Assembly: GCA_965203965.1 (NCBI GenBank)
Contig: CBDBDR010000017.1
Span: forward strand, 64,001-128,000
Direction of reading: 5' to 3'
From: Thermodesulfobacteriota bacterium
GTDB lineage: Bacteria; Desulfobacterota_D; UBA1144; Nemesobacterales; JAJCZQ01
DNA: 64,000 bases
How positions within the stretch are numbered: the stretch's first letter is position 1; each line of letters starts with the position of its first letter. Made by a program: the position numbers and the translations under genes. The notes under the pieces were generated by a model. That model was not told where the DNA came from. It saw only the letters and a list, made by a program, of their open reading frames with translations, and ran no database searches. Of this stretch, positions 1 to 8,432 are shown one piece after another.

Positions 1-607
1 CCTCAAACACCTCTACTTGTGTGAGGATTTTCAACATCTGTATCGGTTCAATGGGGTTTGACGGCGCCCGGAATAGGCCAGTTTCAATAGCTTCCCTTAA
101 CCATTTTCTTTCTTCTGCATTGTAAATGTGATCGTAGTTGTATCCGATTGTGGATGAATATATTTTCCTGAGTTTCTTTATCCCTTCATAGGAATTAGAT
201 GACCTATCTGCAGTTGGCCAACCAACCAGATCGGCAGGCAGTTTTTTTAAGTCTTGTTCAGTTAATTCGTGCATTGCAGGATTTAAAGTGGGGTCTCCCG
301 GCGGTTTGCCTCCGAGGGGATCAATATTGCTTTCCATGTGTCCATGGCTTCTAATGGATCTGGCAAGATTTGAAACTGAAACTGCTTTTTTTATGTCAAT
401 GTGGTCCCGTGAGACAACATCACAACCAATATTAGGAAAAGTTCTATCTGATTTTGACAAATCATCCGAGCCATTTAGGTCAGGATTCCATTTGTCAAAT
501 ATCTTTCTGGTTTTTTCATCAATTGAGGATGGATTTTGTAAATACAGTTCATATAACCCAATAATATAGCCAGAATTAGGTCCATGAAACTCATCTGTAA
601 GACTCAT
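1..607 (-). CDS. sucA: 2-oxoglutarate dehydrogenase E1 component, N-terminal part (runs off the window edge)
   Basis: Not in the ORF track. My translation from ATG at 607 (AGAGGA upstream) gives MSLTDEFHGPNSGYIIGLYELYLQNPSSIDEKTRKIF...IRSHGHMESNIDPLG...LRKIYSSTIGYNYDHIYNAEERKWL, the typical SucA N-terminus. The frame is open to the window edge. Confidence 0.9.
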   Translation of the reverse strand, partial: MSLTDEFHGPNSGYIIGLYELYLQNPSSIDEKTRKIFDKWNPDLNGSDDLSKSDRTFPNIGCDVVSRDHIDIKKAVSVSNLARSIRSHGHMESNIDPLGGKPPGDPTLNPAMHELTEQDLKKLPADLVGWPTADRSSNSYEGIKKLRKIYSSTIGYNYDHIYNAEERKWLREAIETGLFRAPSNPIEPIQMLKILTQVEVFE

Positions 608-756
608 CTTTTCCTCTTTTTAACAAACGTTTTCTGCTGAATAATATATAAAACCGCTTAAATGTTATCACATAAAATTATAAAATAAACTTGCTAAGTC
701 GATGAATTCACACATAAAAATAAGCATAAAACCTACTAAAAAAGTTTTCACTTGTT

Positions 757-2055
757 TTATTCATCAGCAGAAATGTCGTTTGAGTCCCCAAGCTCCAGTA
801 ACTTGACTGATTCATTCGCTGGCATTTCTTCAACGTTTTTAAGCTTTCTCTCTATTGCCCTTGTGCGAGTGCCGGATATTGTATCTATCGTTCTTGATGC
901 CGTCTCAAGTTGTTTCTTGGCTGTTTCCAGCATGCCTCCAAATTTACCAAATTCGGTTTTTACCGCCGAAAGAATTTGCCATACCTCGCTTGAGCGTTTT
1001 TCAATTGCCAGTGTTTTAAAACCCATTCGCAGGCTGTTAAGTAAGGCGGCAAGCGTGGTGGGACCTGCCAAAACCACCCTGTGTAGATTTTGCAATTCGT
1101 CAACTACTCCCGGCTGTCTTAGTACTTCCGAATACAGTCCTTCCGTGGGTAGGAACATGATCGCAAAGTCAGTTGTATAAGTGGGATCTATATACTTATG
1201 CCCAATGTCCTTTGCAGAGTTTTGTATGTTCCTTCTAAGGGACTTGGTTGATTCATCAACGGCTTTGGTATCTGCTGATTCCACGGCGTTCAGCAATCTC
1301 TGGTAATCCTCTTGGGGAAACTTGGAATCTATCGGCAACCAGATATTTGATGAATCATCCTGTCCCGGTAGCTTTATGGCATACTCAACTATTTCACCGG
1401 AACTTGGCTTTGTCTCTACATTTTTTTCAAACTGATCACTTGTTAATATTTGCTCCAATATAGCTCCCAACTGGTATTCTCCCCATGTGCCACGCGCTTT
1501 TACATTGGTCAGCATTCGTTTGAGATCTCCTACACCAGTGGCAAGGGTCTGCATATCTCCCAAGCCTCTTTGGACGGCTTCAAGACGCTCACTCACCAGT
1601 TTGAATGACTCCCCAAGCCGTTTTTCCAGAGTACTTTGCAATTTTTCATCCACGGTCTGTCTCATTTGCTCCAACTTTTTCTCGTTATTTTCCGACAGTA
1701 ATCTCATCTGATTATCAACGGTTTCCCTTAGCTTATTAGAATGATTTTCATTGGATTCAACAAGTGACTTGACCCTACTTTCTACGGCGTTTAGGTTTTC
1801 CATCTGTGTTTTACTCGTTTCACTAATTATCTTGATAACCGTATCAGTGGTTGCCTTTTGTGTTTCTGCAACTTCTTGCCTGAGTCTCTTGGAGTCCTCT
1901 GTAAATTCCTGACGGTTAATTTGAAACTCTCCCCTGACAATTTCACTTATTGTTTCTTTGTCAATTCCACTTCCTGATCTTTTTTGAATTGCAATTAAAA
2001 TTACAAAAAGCAGGATGATGTTAATGGTTAGTAATATGGTTGCAGGAGATAACAC
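757..2055 (-). CDS. rmuC: DNA recombination protein RmuC
   Basis: N-terminal TM helix, long coiled coil, motifs KARGTWGEYQL, LPIDSKFPQEDY, TTDFAIMFLPTEGLY. Confidence 0.93.
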   Translation of the reverse strand: MLSPATILLTINIILLFVILIAIQKRSGSGIDKETISEIVRGEFQINRQEFTEDSKRLRQEVAETQKATTDTVIKIISETSKTQMENLNAVESRVKSLVESNENHSNKLRETVDNQMRLLSENNEKKLEQMRQTVDEKLQSTLEKRLGESFKLVSERLEAVQRGLGDMQTLATGVGDLKRMLTNVKARGTWGEYQLGAILEQILTSDQFEKNVETKPSSGEIVEYAIKLPGQDDSSNIWLPIDSKFPQEDYQRLLNAVESADTKAVDESTKSLRRNIQNSAKDIGHKYIDPTYTTDFAIMFLPTEGLYSEVLRQPGVVDELQNLHRVVLAGPTTLAALLNSLRMGFKTLAIEKRSSEVWQILSAVKTEFGKFGGMLETAKKQLETASRTIDTISGTRTRAIERKLKNVEEMPANESVKLLELGDSNDISADE

Positions 2056-2100
2056 TTTATATCACCTAAAGTTGTATCCATTTTAGGAAATTAAAACAGC

Positions 2101-3885
2101 TCATACCGGATCGCTTTTTATCCCTAACTCATTCAACTGCTCAACGGTTATTTCCGTAGGGGCTTCCGTAAACGGGCAGGCGCCTTTCTGAGTTTTGGGA
2201 AACGCAATTACGTCGCGTATTGAATCCCTTCCCGCAAGCAACATAACTATTCTGTCAAGACCGAGTGCAATCCCGCCATGCGGAGGTGCACCAAACTCCA
2301 ACGCACTAAGCAGAAAACCGAACTTGTCATTTGCTTCTTCCTTGCTTAATCCAATTGTGTTAAAAATTTTTTCTTGAACATCCTTTCTGTGCACCCTGAT
2401 GCTGCCCCCACCAATCTCAACTCCGTTTAGTACAACGTCGTATGCTTTTGATAAAACTTTTGTGGGGTCCTTTTCTATCAACTCAAGATGCTCATCCTTT
2501 GGTGATGTGAATGGATGGTGAAGTGCAACATATCTTTTTTCATTCAAGTCGTGGTCAAACAGTGGAAAGTCAACTATCCAGACAAAATCAAATTTGCTGC
2601 TATCAATTAATTTAAGTTTTTCTCCGAGTCTAATTCTCAGATTTGATAGGACAAGATTCACAATGGGACTGCTATCTGCACTGAAAAAGACAATGTCACC
2701 GGGTTCCACGTTAAGTTTTTCCTTAAAGGTTTTAATTTCTTTGTCAGAGAAAAATTTTATGATCGGCGATTGAAGTTCCTTTTCCGTTGCCTTTATCCAC
2801 GCAAGCCCTTTAGCTCCGAGAGATATAGCTTCTTCTGTCAGATCATCTATATCTTTTCTGGATAGTTCATCACCTTTTGCCTTTGCGTTCAGAGCTTTTA
2901 CTATGCCTCCTTTATCCAATACCGCCTTGAATACTTTAAATTTCGAGTTTTCAAAAATTTCCGTCACGTCTTCAAGTTCAAGTCCAAATCTTGTATCAGG
3001 TCTATCAGTTCCATACCTGGATACTGCTTCATCATAAGACATTTTAGGAAAGGGAAGAGAAGGTTTTTTACCTTTTGCAATCTCATAGATTGAGCATAAA
3101 ATACCTTCCACTACAGACATTACGTCATTTTCATCAACAAACGACATCTCAAGGTCAATTTGGGTAAATTCTGGCTGGCGATCTGCACGTAGATCCTCAT
3201 CGCGAAAGCATTTTACGATCTGATAATACTTGTCAAATCCCGATACCATGAGAGTCTGCTTTAATACCTGGGGAGATTGAGGTAGGGCGTAAAACTGTCC
3301 ATCGTTTAACCTGCTTGGCACCAGAAAATCTCTTGCACCTTCGGGAGTTGACTTGGTCAGACAAGGGGTTTCAATTTCTATAAATCCCTCAGAATTGAGA
3401 TGATTTCTTGTCGCTGTAACCATACTGTGTCTTAATAACAGACATTTCTGCATTGATGGTCTTCTGAGGTCAAGATACCTATATTTAAGCCTCAGTAACT
3501 CATCAACGTTGACTTCATCCTCTATAAGAAAAGGAATAATTTCTGAGGTGTTCAGTATCTTTACGTCGTCAGCTATTACTTCAATTTCGCCGGTTTTGAT
3601 ATTTGGATTGACTGTTCCCCCAGTTCTTTCTGCTACTTTACCCGTTATGGCAAGCACCCATTCGTTTCTGATATTTTCAGCTATTTTGTGTGTATCCAGA
3701 TTGTGTTCGGGGTTAAATACTATCTGGCATATTCCTTCTCTGTCTCTCAGATCTATAAATATCAACCCCCCATGATCCCTGCTGGACTGAACCCATCCCA
3801 TAAGTGTAATTTCTTTTCCGACTTGTTTCTTATCAACGTTTCCGCAGTATGTAGTTCTTCTCCAACTACCGAGCAGGTCCAGCAT
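2101..3885 (-). CDS. aspS: Aspartate--tRNA ligase, probably non-discriminating (Asp/Asn)
   Basis: RDHGGLIFIDLRD, STPEGARDFLVPSR, FRDEDLRADRQPEFTQ, GAPPHGGIALGLDR. Confidence 0.97.
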   Translation of the reverse strand: MLDLLGSWRRTTYCGNVDKKQVGKEITLMGWVQSSRDHGGLIFIDLRDREGICQIVFNPEHNLDTHKIAENIRNEWVLAITGKVAERTGGTVNPNIKTGEIEVIADDVKILNTSEIIPFLIEDEVNVDELLRLKYRYLDLRRPSMQKCLLLRHSMVTATRNHLNSEGFIEIETPCLTKSTPEGARDFLVPSRLNDGQFYALPQSPQVLKQTLMVSGFDKYYQIVKCFRDEDLRADRQPEFTQIDLEMSFVDENDVMSVVEGILCSIYEIAKGKKPSLPFPKMSYDEAVSRYGTDRPDTRFGLELEDVTEIFENSKFKVFKAVLDKGGIVKALNAKAKGDELSRKDIDDLTEEAISLGAKGLAWIKATEKELQSPIIKFFSDKEIKTFKEKLNVEPGDIVFFSADSSPIVNLVLSNLRIRLGEKLKLIDSSKFDFVWIVDFPLFDHDLNEKRYVALHHPFTSPKDEHLELIEKDPTKVLSKAYDVVLNGVEIGGGSIRVHRKDVQEKIFNTIGLSKEEANDKFGFLLSALEFGAPPHGGIALGLDRIVMLLAGRDSIRDVIAFPKTQKGACPFTEAPTEITVEQLNELGIKSDPV

Positions 3886-3948
3886 CTCGCACCTCTGAAA
3901 TTGGCTGAAAAAATAGGAATACTAACCTTAACAAGCTATATTAGCAAG

Positions 3949-4872
3949 ATGGATCCAAACTCCCTTACGTATAAAGTTGAGCAAACAGACAATTTCAGAT
4001 CGGGCTTTATAGCTGTAGTCGGCAGGCCGAATGTTGGTAAGTCAACAATTGTCAATTCAATTGTCGGTCGGAAAGTTGCAGCAGTTTCAAACAAGCCGAA
4101 TACAACTAGGAACCGTATAACGGGCATTCGGACTTGTACAGATTCCCAACTTGTGTTTCTTGATACACCGGGAATACATAAAACCAAAGGCAAACTGCAA
4201 AAAGCCATGGTTCAAACCTCAATGAACTCAATTGCGGAAGCAGATGTGTTGCTACTGGTAATTGATGCAGAGCGTCCCTTTGTTCAAGGTGATAAGTTTA
4301 TAATAGAGAATCTTTCCAAACCTTGCATTCTGGCTATTAACAAAATTGATCTTGTAAAAAAATCAGCAATTCTGGAGATACTCAACTCCACAGTTGAGTA
4401 TGGAGATAAATTTAAAGAAAGTGTGCCTGTATCAGCGGTTGAGCATGACGGGATAGGAGAACTTGTAAATGTAATAGCAGGTGAACTACCTGAAGGAAAA
4501 AAATATTTTCCCGATGAAATATACACCGATCAGCCAGAGAGGTTTCTTATTGCAGAGATAATAAGGGAAAAGATATTTAACCTAACTAGAGATGAAATTC
4601 CCTATAAGACAGCTGTTTTAGTAGAGGAATTCAAAGAAAACCCCCACAAGGGTATCATAAGGATCTCTGCAACTATATATGTGGAAAGAAAGAGCCACAA
4701 GGGAATAATCATTGGGAAAAAAGGTGAACTGCTTAAAAAAGCTGGGAACCAGTCAAGGTTAGAGATTGAGAGTATACTCGGCACAAAAGTTTTTATGGAA
4801 CTTTGGGTTAAAGTAAAGGAAAGGTGGACGGAGAATGAAAGTCTTATAAGAGACATTGGTTATCTGAGTTGA
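3949..4872 (+). CDS. era: GTPase Era
   Basis: GRPNVGKST, DTPG, NKID, KH-domain IIIGKKG. Start moved to ATG 3949 because the 5' extension in the ORF track overlaps aspS. Confidence 0.95.
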   Translation: MDPNSLTYKVEQTDNFRSGFIAVVGRPNVGKSTIVNSIVGRKVAAVSNKPNTTRNRITGIRTCTDSQLVFLDTPGIHKTKGKLQKAMVQTSMNSIAEADVLLLVIDAERPFVQGDKFIIENLSKPCILAINKIDLVKKSAILEILNSTVEYGDKFKESVPVSAVEHDGIGELVNVIAGELPEGKKYFPDEIYTDQPERFLIAEIIREKIFNLTRDEIPYKTAVLVEEFKENPHKGIIRISATIYVERKSHKGIIIGKKGELLKKAGNQSRLEIESILGTKVFMELWVKVKERWTENESLIRDIGYLS

Positions 4873-4895
4873 AGTAAGAAACACCTAGAGTTTCC

Positions 4896-5003
4896 ATGAA
4901 AAATCAAGACAAGTGGCAACCAAGTAAGTATGTATTCAATCTAGCAAAACACCCTAACAGCAATCAATTCCTCTGCGCTCTATATGCGAAGTACTATGTG
5001 TGA
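4896..5003 (+). pseudogene. Possible 35-codon remnant of the N-terminus of a SAM-dependent methyltransferase
   Basis: MKNQDKWQPSKYVF resembles, from memory, the start of a methyltransferase family found in polysaccharide loci. The rest does not look homologous. Unverified. Confidence 0.25.
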
Positions 5004-5067
5004 AACCGCAACTGATAACCGTAGCATTTTCAGAAAAATCATCTTTCATAACCTGTTTTGATTAATG

Positions 5068-5859
5068 CTATTTTCCTTCAAAGATCGGTTTTCTTTTTTC
5101 TACAAATGCTTTTCTACCTTCCTTGTAGTCCTTACTGTTTTGCACTTTGTGAAATAGAGACTGTATTAGCTTCTCGTCTTTCGGTGTAACCTTCTGATTT
5201 CTTTGACAGATGTTGATCAGTTGTTTCATCGTGCTTAACGAAAGTGGGGCATTCTCGGATATTTCAACCGCGAGATTATTGGTAAATTCCTCTATTTTTT
5301 CTTTACTCACAACATGGTTGACCAGTCCAATTTTCTCTGCTTTTACTGCGTCTATGGATTTGCCAATTAGAAAAAGTTCCTTGGTGTAGCCAACGCCGAT
5401 TAGGTTCAGAAATTTTTTTGTGCCTGAATAAGAGTAAACTACTCCCAACTTGGCAGGTGGGATACCAATCTTTGCCGTATCAACACAAACTCTCAAGTCA
5501 CAGGTTATTGCAAGCTCAAGACCAGCACCGAAGGTGTGTCCATTCATCATTGCGATTACTGGATATGGAAGATTTTCTATTGCCTTGAGGCATTCCTCAA
5601 GCGGATGCTCACTTCTAAATTCACGCATCATGTCATCATCCCGAATGGATATGATGTCATAACCGGAGCAAAAGACTTTGTTGTCAGCACCTTTAAACAC
5701 CAAGCATCTTATTTTGGAGTCTGAAGATATACTTAACAGCGTATCCGTGATCTCGTTCAACATAGTATGAGACAATGCATTGCTCCTTCCCGGGTTGTTA
5801 AGAGTTATGGTGATGATTGATTCTGAGTTGGTAACGGCTATTTCTTTAAAAGTGGTCAT
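5068..5859 (-). CDS. Enoyl-CoA hydratase/isomerase (crotonase) family protein
   Basis: TLNNPGRSNAL, FCSGYDI, NGHTFGAGLELAITCDLR, EGRKAFVEKRKPIFEG. Confidence 0.9.
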   Translation of the reverse strand: MTTFKEIAVTNSESIITITLNNPGRSNALSHTMLNEITDTLLSISSDSKIRCLVFKGADNKVFCSGYDIISIRDDDMMREFRSEHPLEECLKAIENLPYPVIAMMNGHTFGAGLELAITCDLRVCVDTAKIGIPPAKLGVVYSYSGTKKFLNLIGVGYTKELFLIGKSIDAVKAEKIGLVNHVVSKEKIEEFTNNLAVEISENAPLSLSTMKQLINICQRNQKVTPKDEKLIQSLFHKVQNSKDYKEGRKAFVEKRKPIFEGK

Positions 5860-6054
5860 ATAATTATGAGATGCAGGTTAAAGTGGTTTAAAAAATTATT
5901 ACAAAACATATAGGACAAAAATTGAATTGTGTTACTTACTCTATAACAACTATAGCAGAAATAAAGAGGAAGCAGTTTTAAGTTTTATGCGGTTGGTTGT
6001 AAAACCATTAGGAATTGAAAAGCGGGGTTTCGCTATTATTATACTAAAAATCTG

Positions 6055-6372
6055 ATGGCAAGATTAGTAGGCTTTACTAATAATGATGATCCCCAATCTC
6101 TCTATAACATGCGAGAGCTGTTAATTCATAGAGATTTTTATGTTAAGGATGATATTTTTTGTGATAGTAATGTATGTGCGTCCCGAGTTCATAAGAATAT
6201 TCTGCAACGTTATAAGCAACCTGTTATAGAAAACCAAGTTTGTATATGGATTGAGGGAGAATTTTACAATCTGAAAGGTTCGACAAACCATGCCGAAGTT
6301 ATAGCACGGTATTTTACTCTTGAAGTATGGTTGCAGCAGGTTTTTGAGGGGAGATATCGTAAGGAACATTAG
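6055..6372 (+). pseudogene. Asparagine-synthase-like amidotransferase gene with a large in-frame internal deletion
   Basis: The first ~75 aa look like an AsnB N-terminus (QPV...VCIWIEGEFYN). They join directly to an AsnB-type C-terminal end (ARYFTLEVWLQQVFEGRYR). Total 105 aa against about 600 for the family. Confidence 0.65.
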
Positions 6373-6467
6373 AGTTTGGTCTAACCCCAGTTGATACACA
6401 ACAGTTATATTAATTAGATTATCTGAAAATAGCTGTTACATTAATAAGTTTTTAATGGAGGGTATAT

Positions 6468-6962
6468 ATGCCTCTTTATGAATATGAATGTGATAGTTGC
6501 ATTCAGGAGTATAATAAAGATATTGACGACCTTGTTCAGAAACTGAACAAGACAAACGTAGCTAAAACTATTAAAAGGAACCCGAATATTTCTTTTATTG
6601 AAGTTGCACAAGAGGGAAAAAAAGGTTTTTCAATAGGGAAGAAAGGTACACCCGGTATAAGAAGGTTCAGATATACAGTTGATAAGAAAATATTGTATAT
6701 GGAGCTTAAAAACTTCCGCTTTAGTGAACTTATAACGAACAAGAGTGATGAAAAGAACCTTATTTGTCCATTGTGTAGTGAAGGCAAGTTTGTAAGAAGA
6801 GTTTTCTCAACGTTCAAAGCCATATTTGACGATAAGAACAAAAGAGCACCGCGGCCCGGGGACGATATTAAATTTCACATGGACTACAAAGTCCAAAAAG
6901 ATGAAGAGAAGAAAAGTAGCTGGGTTGGGCACGATTACTTGAATCAATACTTTAACAGATAG
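6468..6962 (+). CDS. FmdB-type zinc-ribbon protein with ~70-aa insertion (paralog 1)
   Basis: MPLYEYECDSC ... RFSEL ... CPLC ... VRRVFSTF. SD GGAGG upstream. Confidence 0.8.
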   Translation: MPLYEYECDSCIQEYNKDIDDLVQKLNKTNVAKTIKRNPNISFIEVAQEGKKGFSIGKKGTPGIRRFRYTVDKKILYMELKNFRFSELITNKSDEKNLICPLCSEGKFVRRVFSTFKAIFDDKNKRAPRPGDDIKFHMDYKVQKDEEKKSSWVGHDYLNQYFNR

Positions 6963-6973
6963 GGAGTGAAAAA

Positions 6974-7456
6974 ATGCCTCTTTACGAGTTTGAATGTGTA
7001 AAATGCAGGAGCAATGTTGAGAAGTCCTTGAGAGTTTTAAAAAAGAAAAGGGATAAAAGAACGGTTGCCGACCTGATAGGTAAGTATGGAAATATTAACG
7101 CTATTGAGGTTGTTGATCTCAATAAAAATAAGGTGATTGCAAAACACGGCAAGAAAGGTGACAAATCTGTTTTTATGGATTTTTATCAAGACGACGGTGA
7201 AATACTTATTCTTATAAATCTCACAAACTACAGGTTTTCCGAGTTGGTCTATGAACCAGAGGATGAGAAGAAAGTAAAATGCTCCTGTGGTGAAAAAAAG
7301 AAAGTTGAAAAGGTAGTTTCAAGTTTTGCATTTACAAGCGACCTTTCAACGGATATGCCAAAGCCCGATCTTTCCAACCTACCACCCTCCGTCAGGAACA
7401 GAACGTATTTAGGAGATTATATAGAGGAAAAGGATAGACCAAAGAAAAATAGGTAG
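6974..7456 (+). CDS. FmdB-type zinc-ribbon protein with ~70-aa insertion (paralog 2)
   Basis: MPLYEFECVKC ... RFSEL ... CSCG ... VEKVVSSF. SD GGGAG upstream, 11 nt after paralog 1. Confidence 0.8.
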   Translation: MPLYEFECVKCRSNVEKSLRVLKKKRDKRTVADLIGKYGNINAIEVVDLNKNKVIAKHGKKGDKSVFMDFYQDDGEILILINLTNYRFSELVYEPEDEKKVKCSCGEKKKVEKVVSSFAFTSDLSTDMPKPDLSNLPPSVRNRTYLGDYIEEKDRPKKNR

Positions 7457-7460
7457 CAGG

Positions 7461-8114
7461 CTAATCCAAAGTGTAATCGGCTTTCTTTTTGCCAAATCTT
7501 CTTTCCATCTCAGTGTTTATATCTTCCGGACTGAGTCCCAGTTTGGAAAGTAATACAAGTGAATGAAACCACAGATCGGTAATCTCGTAGATAAGTTCTT
7601 TTTCAGACTGGTTCTTTGCGGCTATTATTGTCTCACCTGCTTCTTCGCCGACTTTTTTTAGTATCTTGTCCATGCCTTTGCTGAGAAGTCCACTCACGTA
7701 AGAGTCTTTTACTGGGTTTTGCTTTCTGTTCTCAATGACGCTAAAAACTTTGGATATTGCCGAGTTGAATGAAGGTGCCATCTTTTTTTGGGAATCAAGA
7801 CTGGTGTGAAAGCAGCTTTTCTCTCCTGTATGGCAGGCATTCCCATTTTGTTCAACTATTATAAGCAACGTATCTTTATCACAATCCACGTATATTTGCC
7901 TAACTTTTTGAATGTTTCCTGATTCTTCACCCTTCCTCCATACTTTTTGTCTTGACCTGCTCCAGAAATGGGTGAAACCAGTCTCAAGGGTTAGTTTCAG
8001 TGTTGCGGCGTTTGTATAAGCGAGCATGAGCAACTGTCCGCTCTCATAATCTTGTATTATTACGGGTATCAGTCCATCTTCATTAAAATTTAACTCTTCA
8101 ATTTTCATACTCAC
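7461..8114 (-). CDS. hisIE: Bifunctional phosphoribosyl-AMP cyclohydrolase / phosphoribosyl-ATP diphosphatase
   Basis: [40 protein letters not shown]. Confidence 0.96.
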   Translation of the reverse strand: MSMKIEELNFNEDGLIPVIIQDYESGQLLMLAYTNAATLKLTLETGFTHFWSRSRQKVWRKGEESGNIQKVRQIYVDCDKDTLLIIVEQNGNACHTGEKSCFHTSLDSQKKMAPSFNSAISKVFSVIENRKQNPVKDSYVSGLLSKGMDKILKKVGEEAGETIIAAKNQSEKELIYEITDLWFHSLVLLSKLGLSPEDINTEMERRFGKKKADYTLD

Positions 8115-8196
8115 CTACTTTTTTCAAATGAATGTTTTTAATATATTGTAATTTATGTAATATGTAAAAATCTTATAACACGTGTTAGGAGTCGTT

Positions 8197-8406
8197 ATGG
8201 CAAGAGTAACAATAGAAGATTGTCTGGAAAAAGTAGAAAATCGGTTTGCACTTTCGGTATCTGCAATGAAAAGGGCAAAGCAGTTGGTAAACGGTGCTAT
8301 GCCACTTGCGTCAGAGAAGGATAACAAGCATGTTGTTGTCGCTCTCAGAGAGATAGCAGAAGAGAAAGTGAACATCATCTATCCTGAAGAACAAGACAAA
8401 TATTAG
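8197..8406 (+). CDS. rpoZ: RNA polymerase omega subunit
   Basis: [17 protein letters not shown]...KRAKQL...[16 protein letters not shown] before ATG 8197. Confidence 0.95.
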   Translation: MARVTIEDCLEKVENRFALSVSAMKRAKQLVNGAMPLASEKDNKHVVVALREIAEEKVNIIYPEEQDKY

Positions 8407-8432
8407 AAACTCCTGAAGCAAAATTATCAATA

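Noticed and set aside
288..569. 93-aa plus-strand ORF
   Set aside because: It is the antisense shadow of sucA on the minus strand.
3688..3948. N-terminal extension of the Era ORF
   Set aside because: It overlaps the start of aspS on the opposite strand and shows no GTPase similarity before about 3949.
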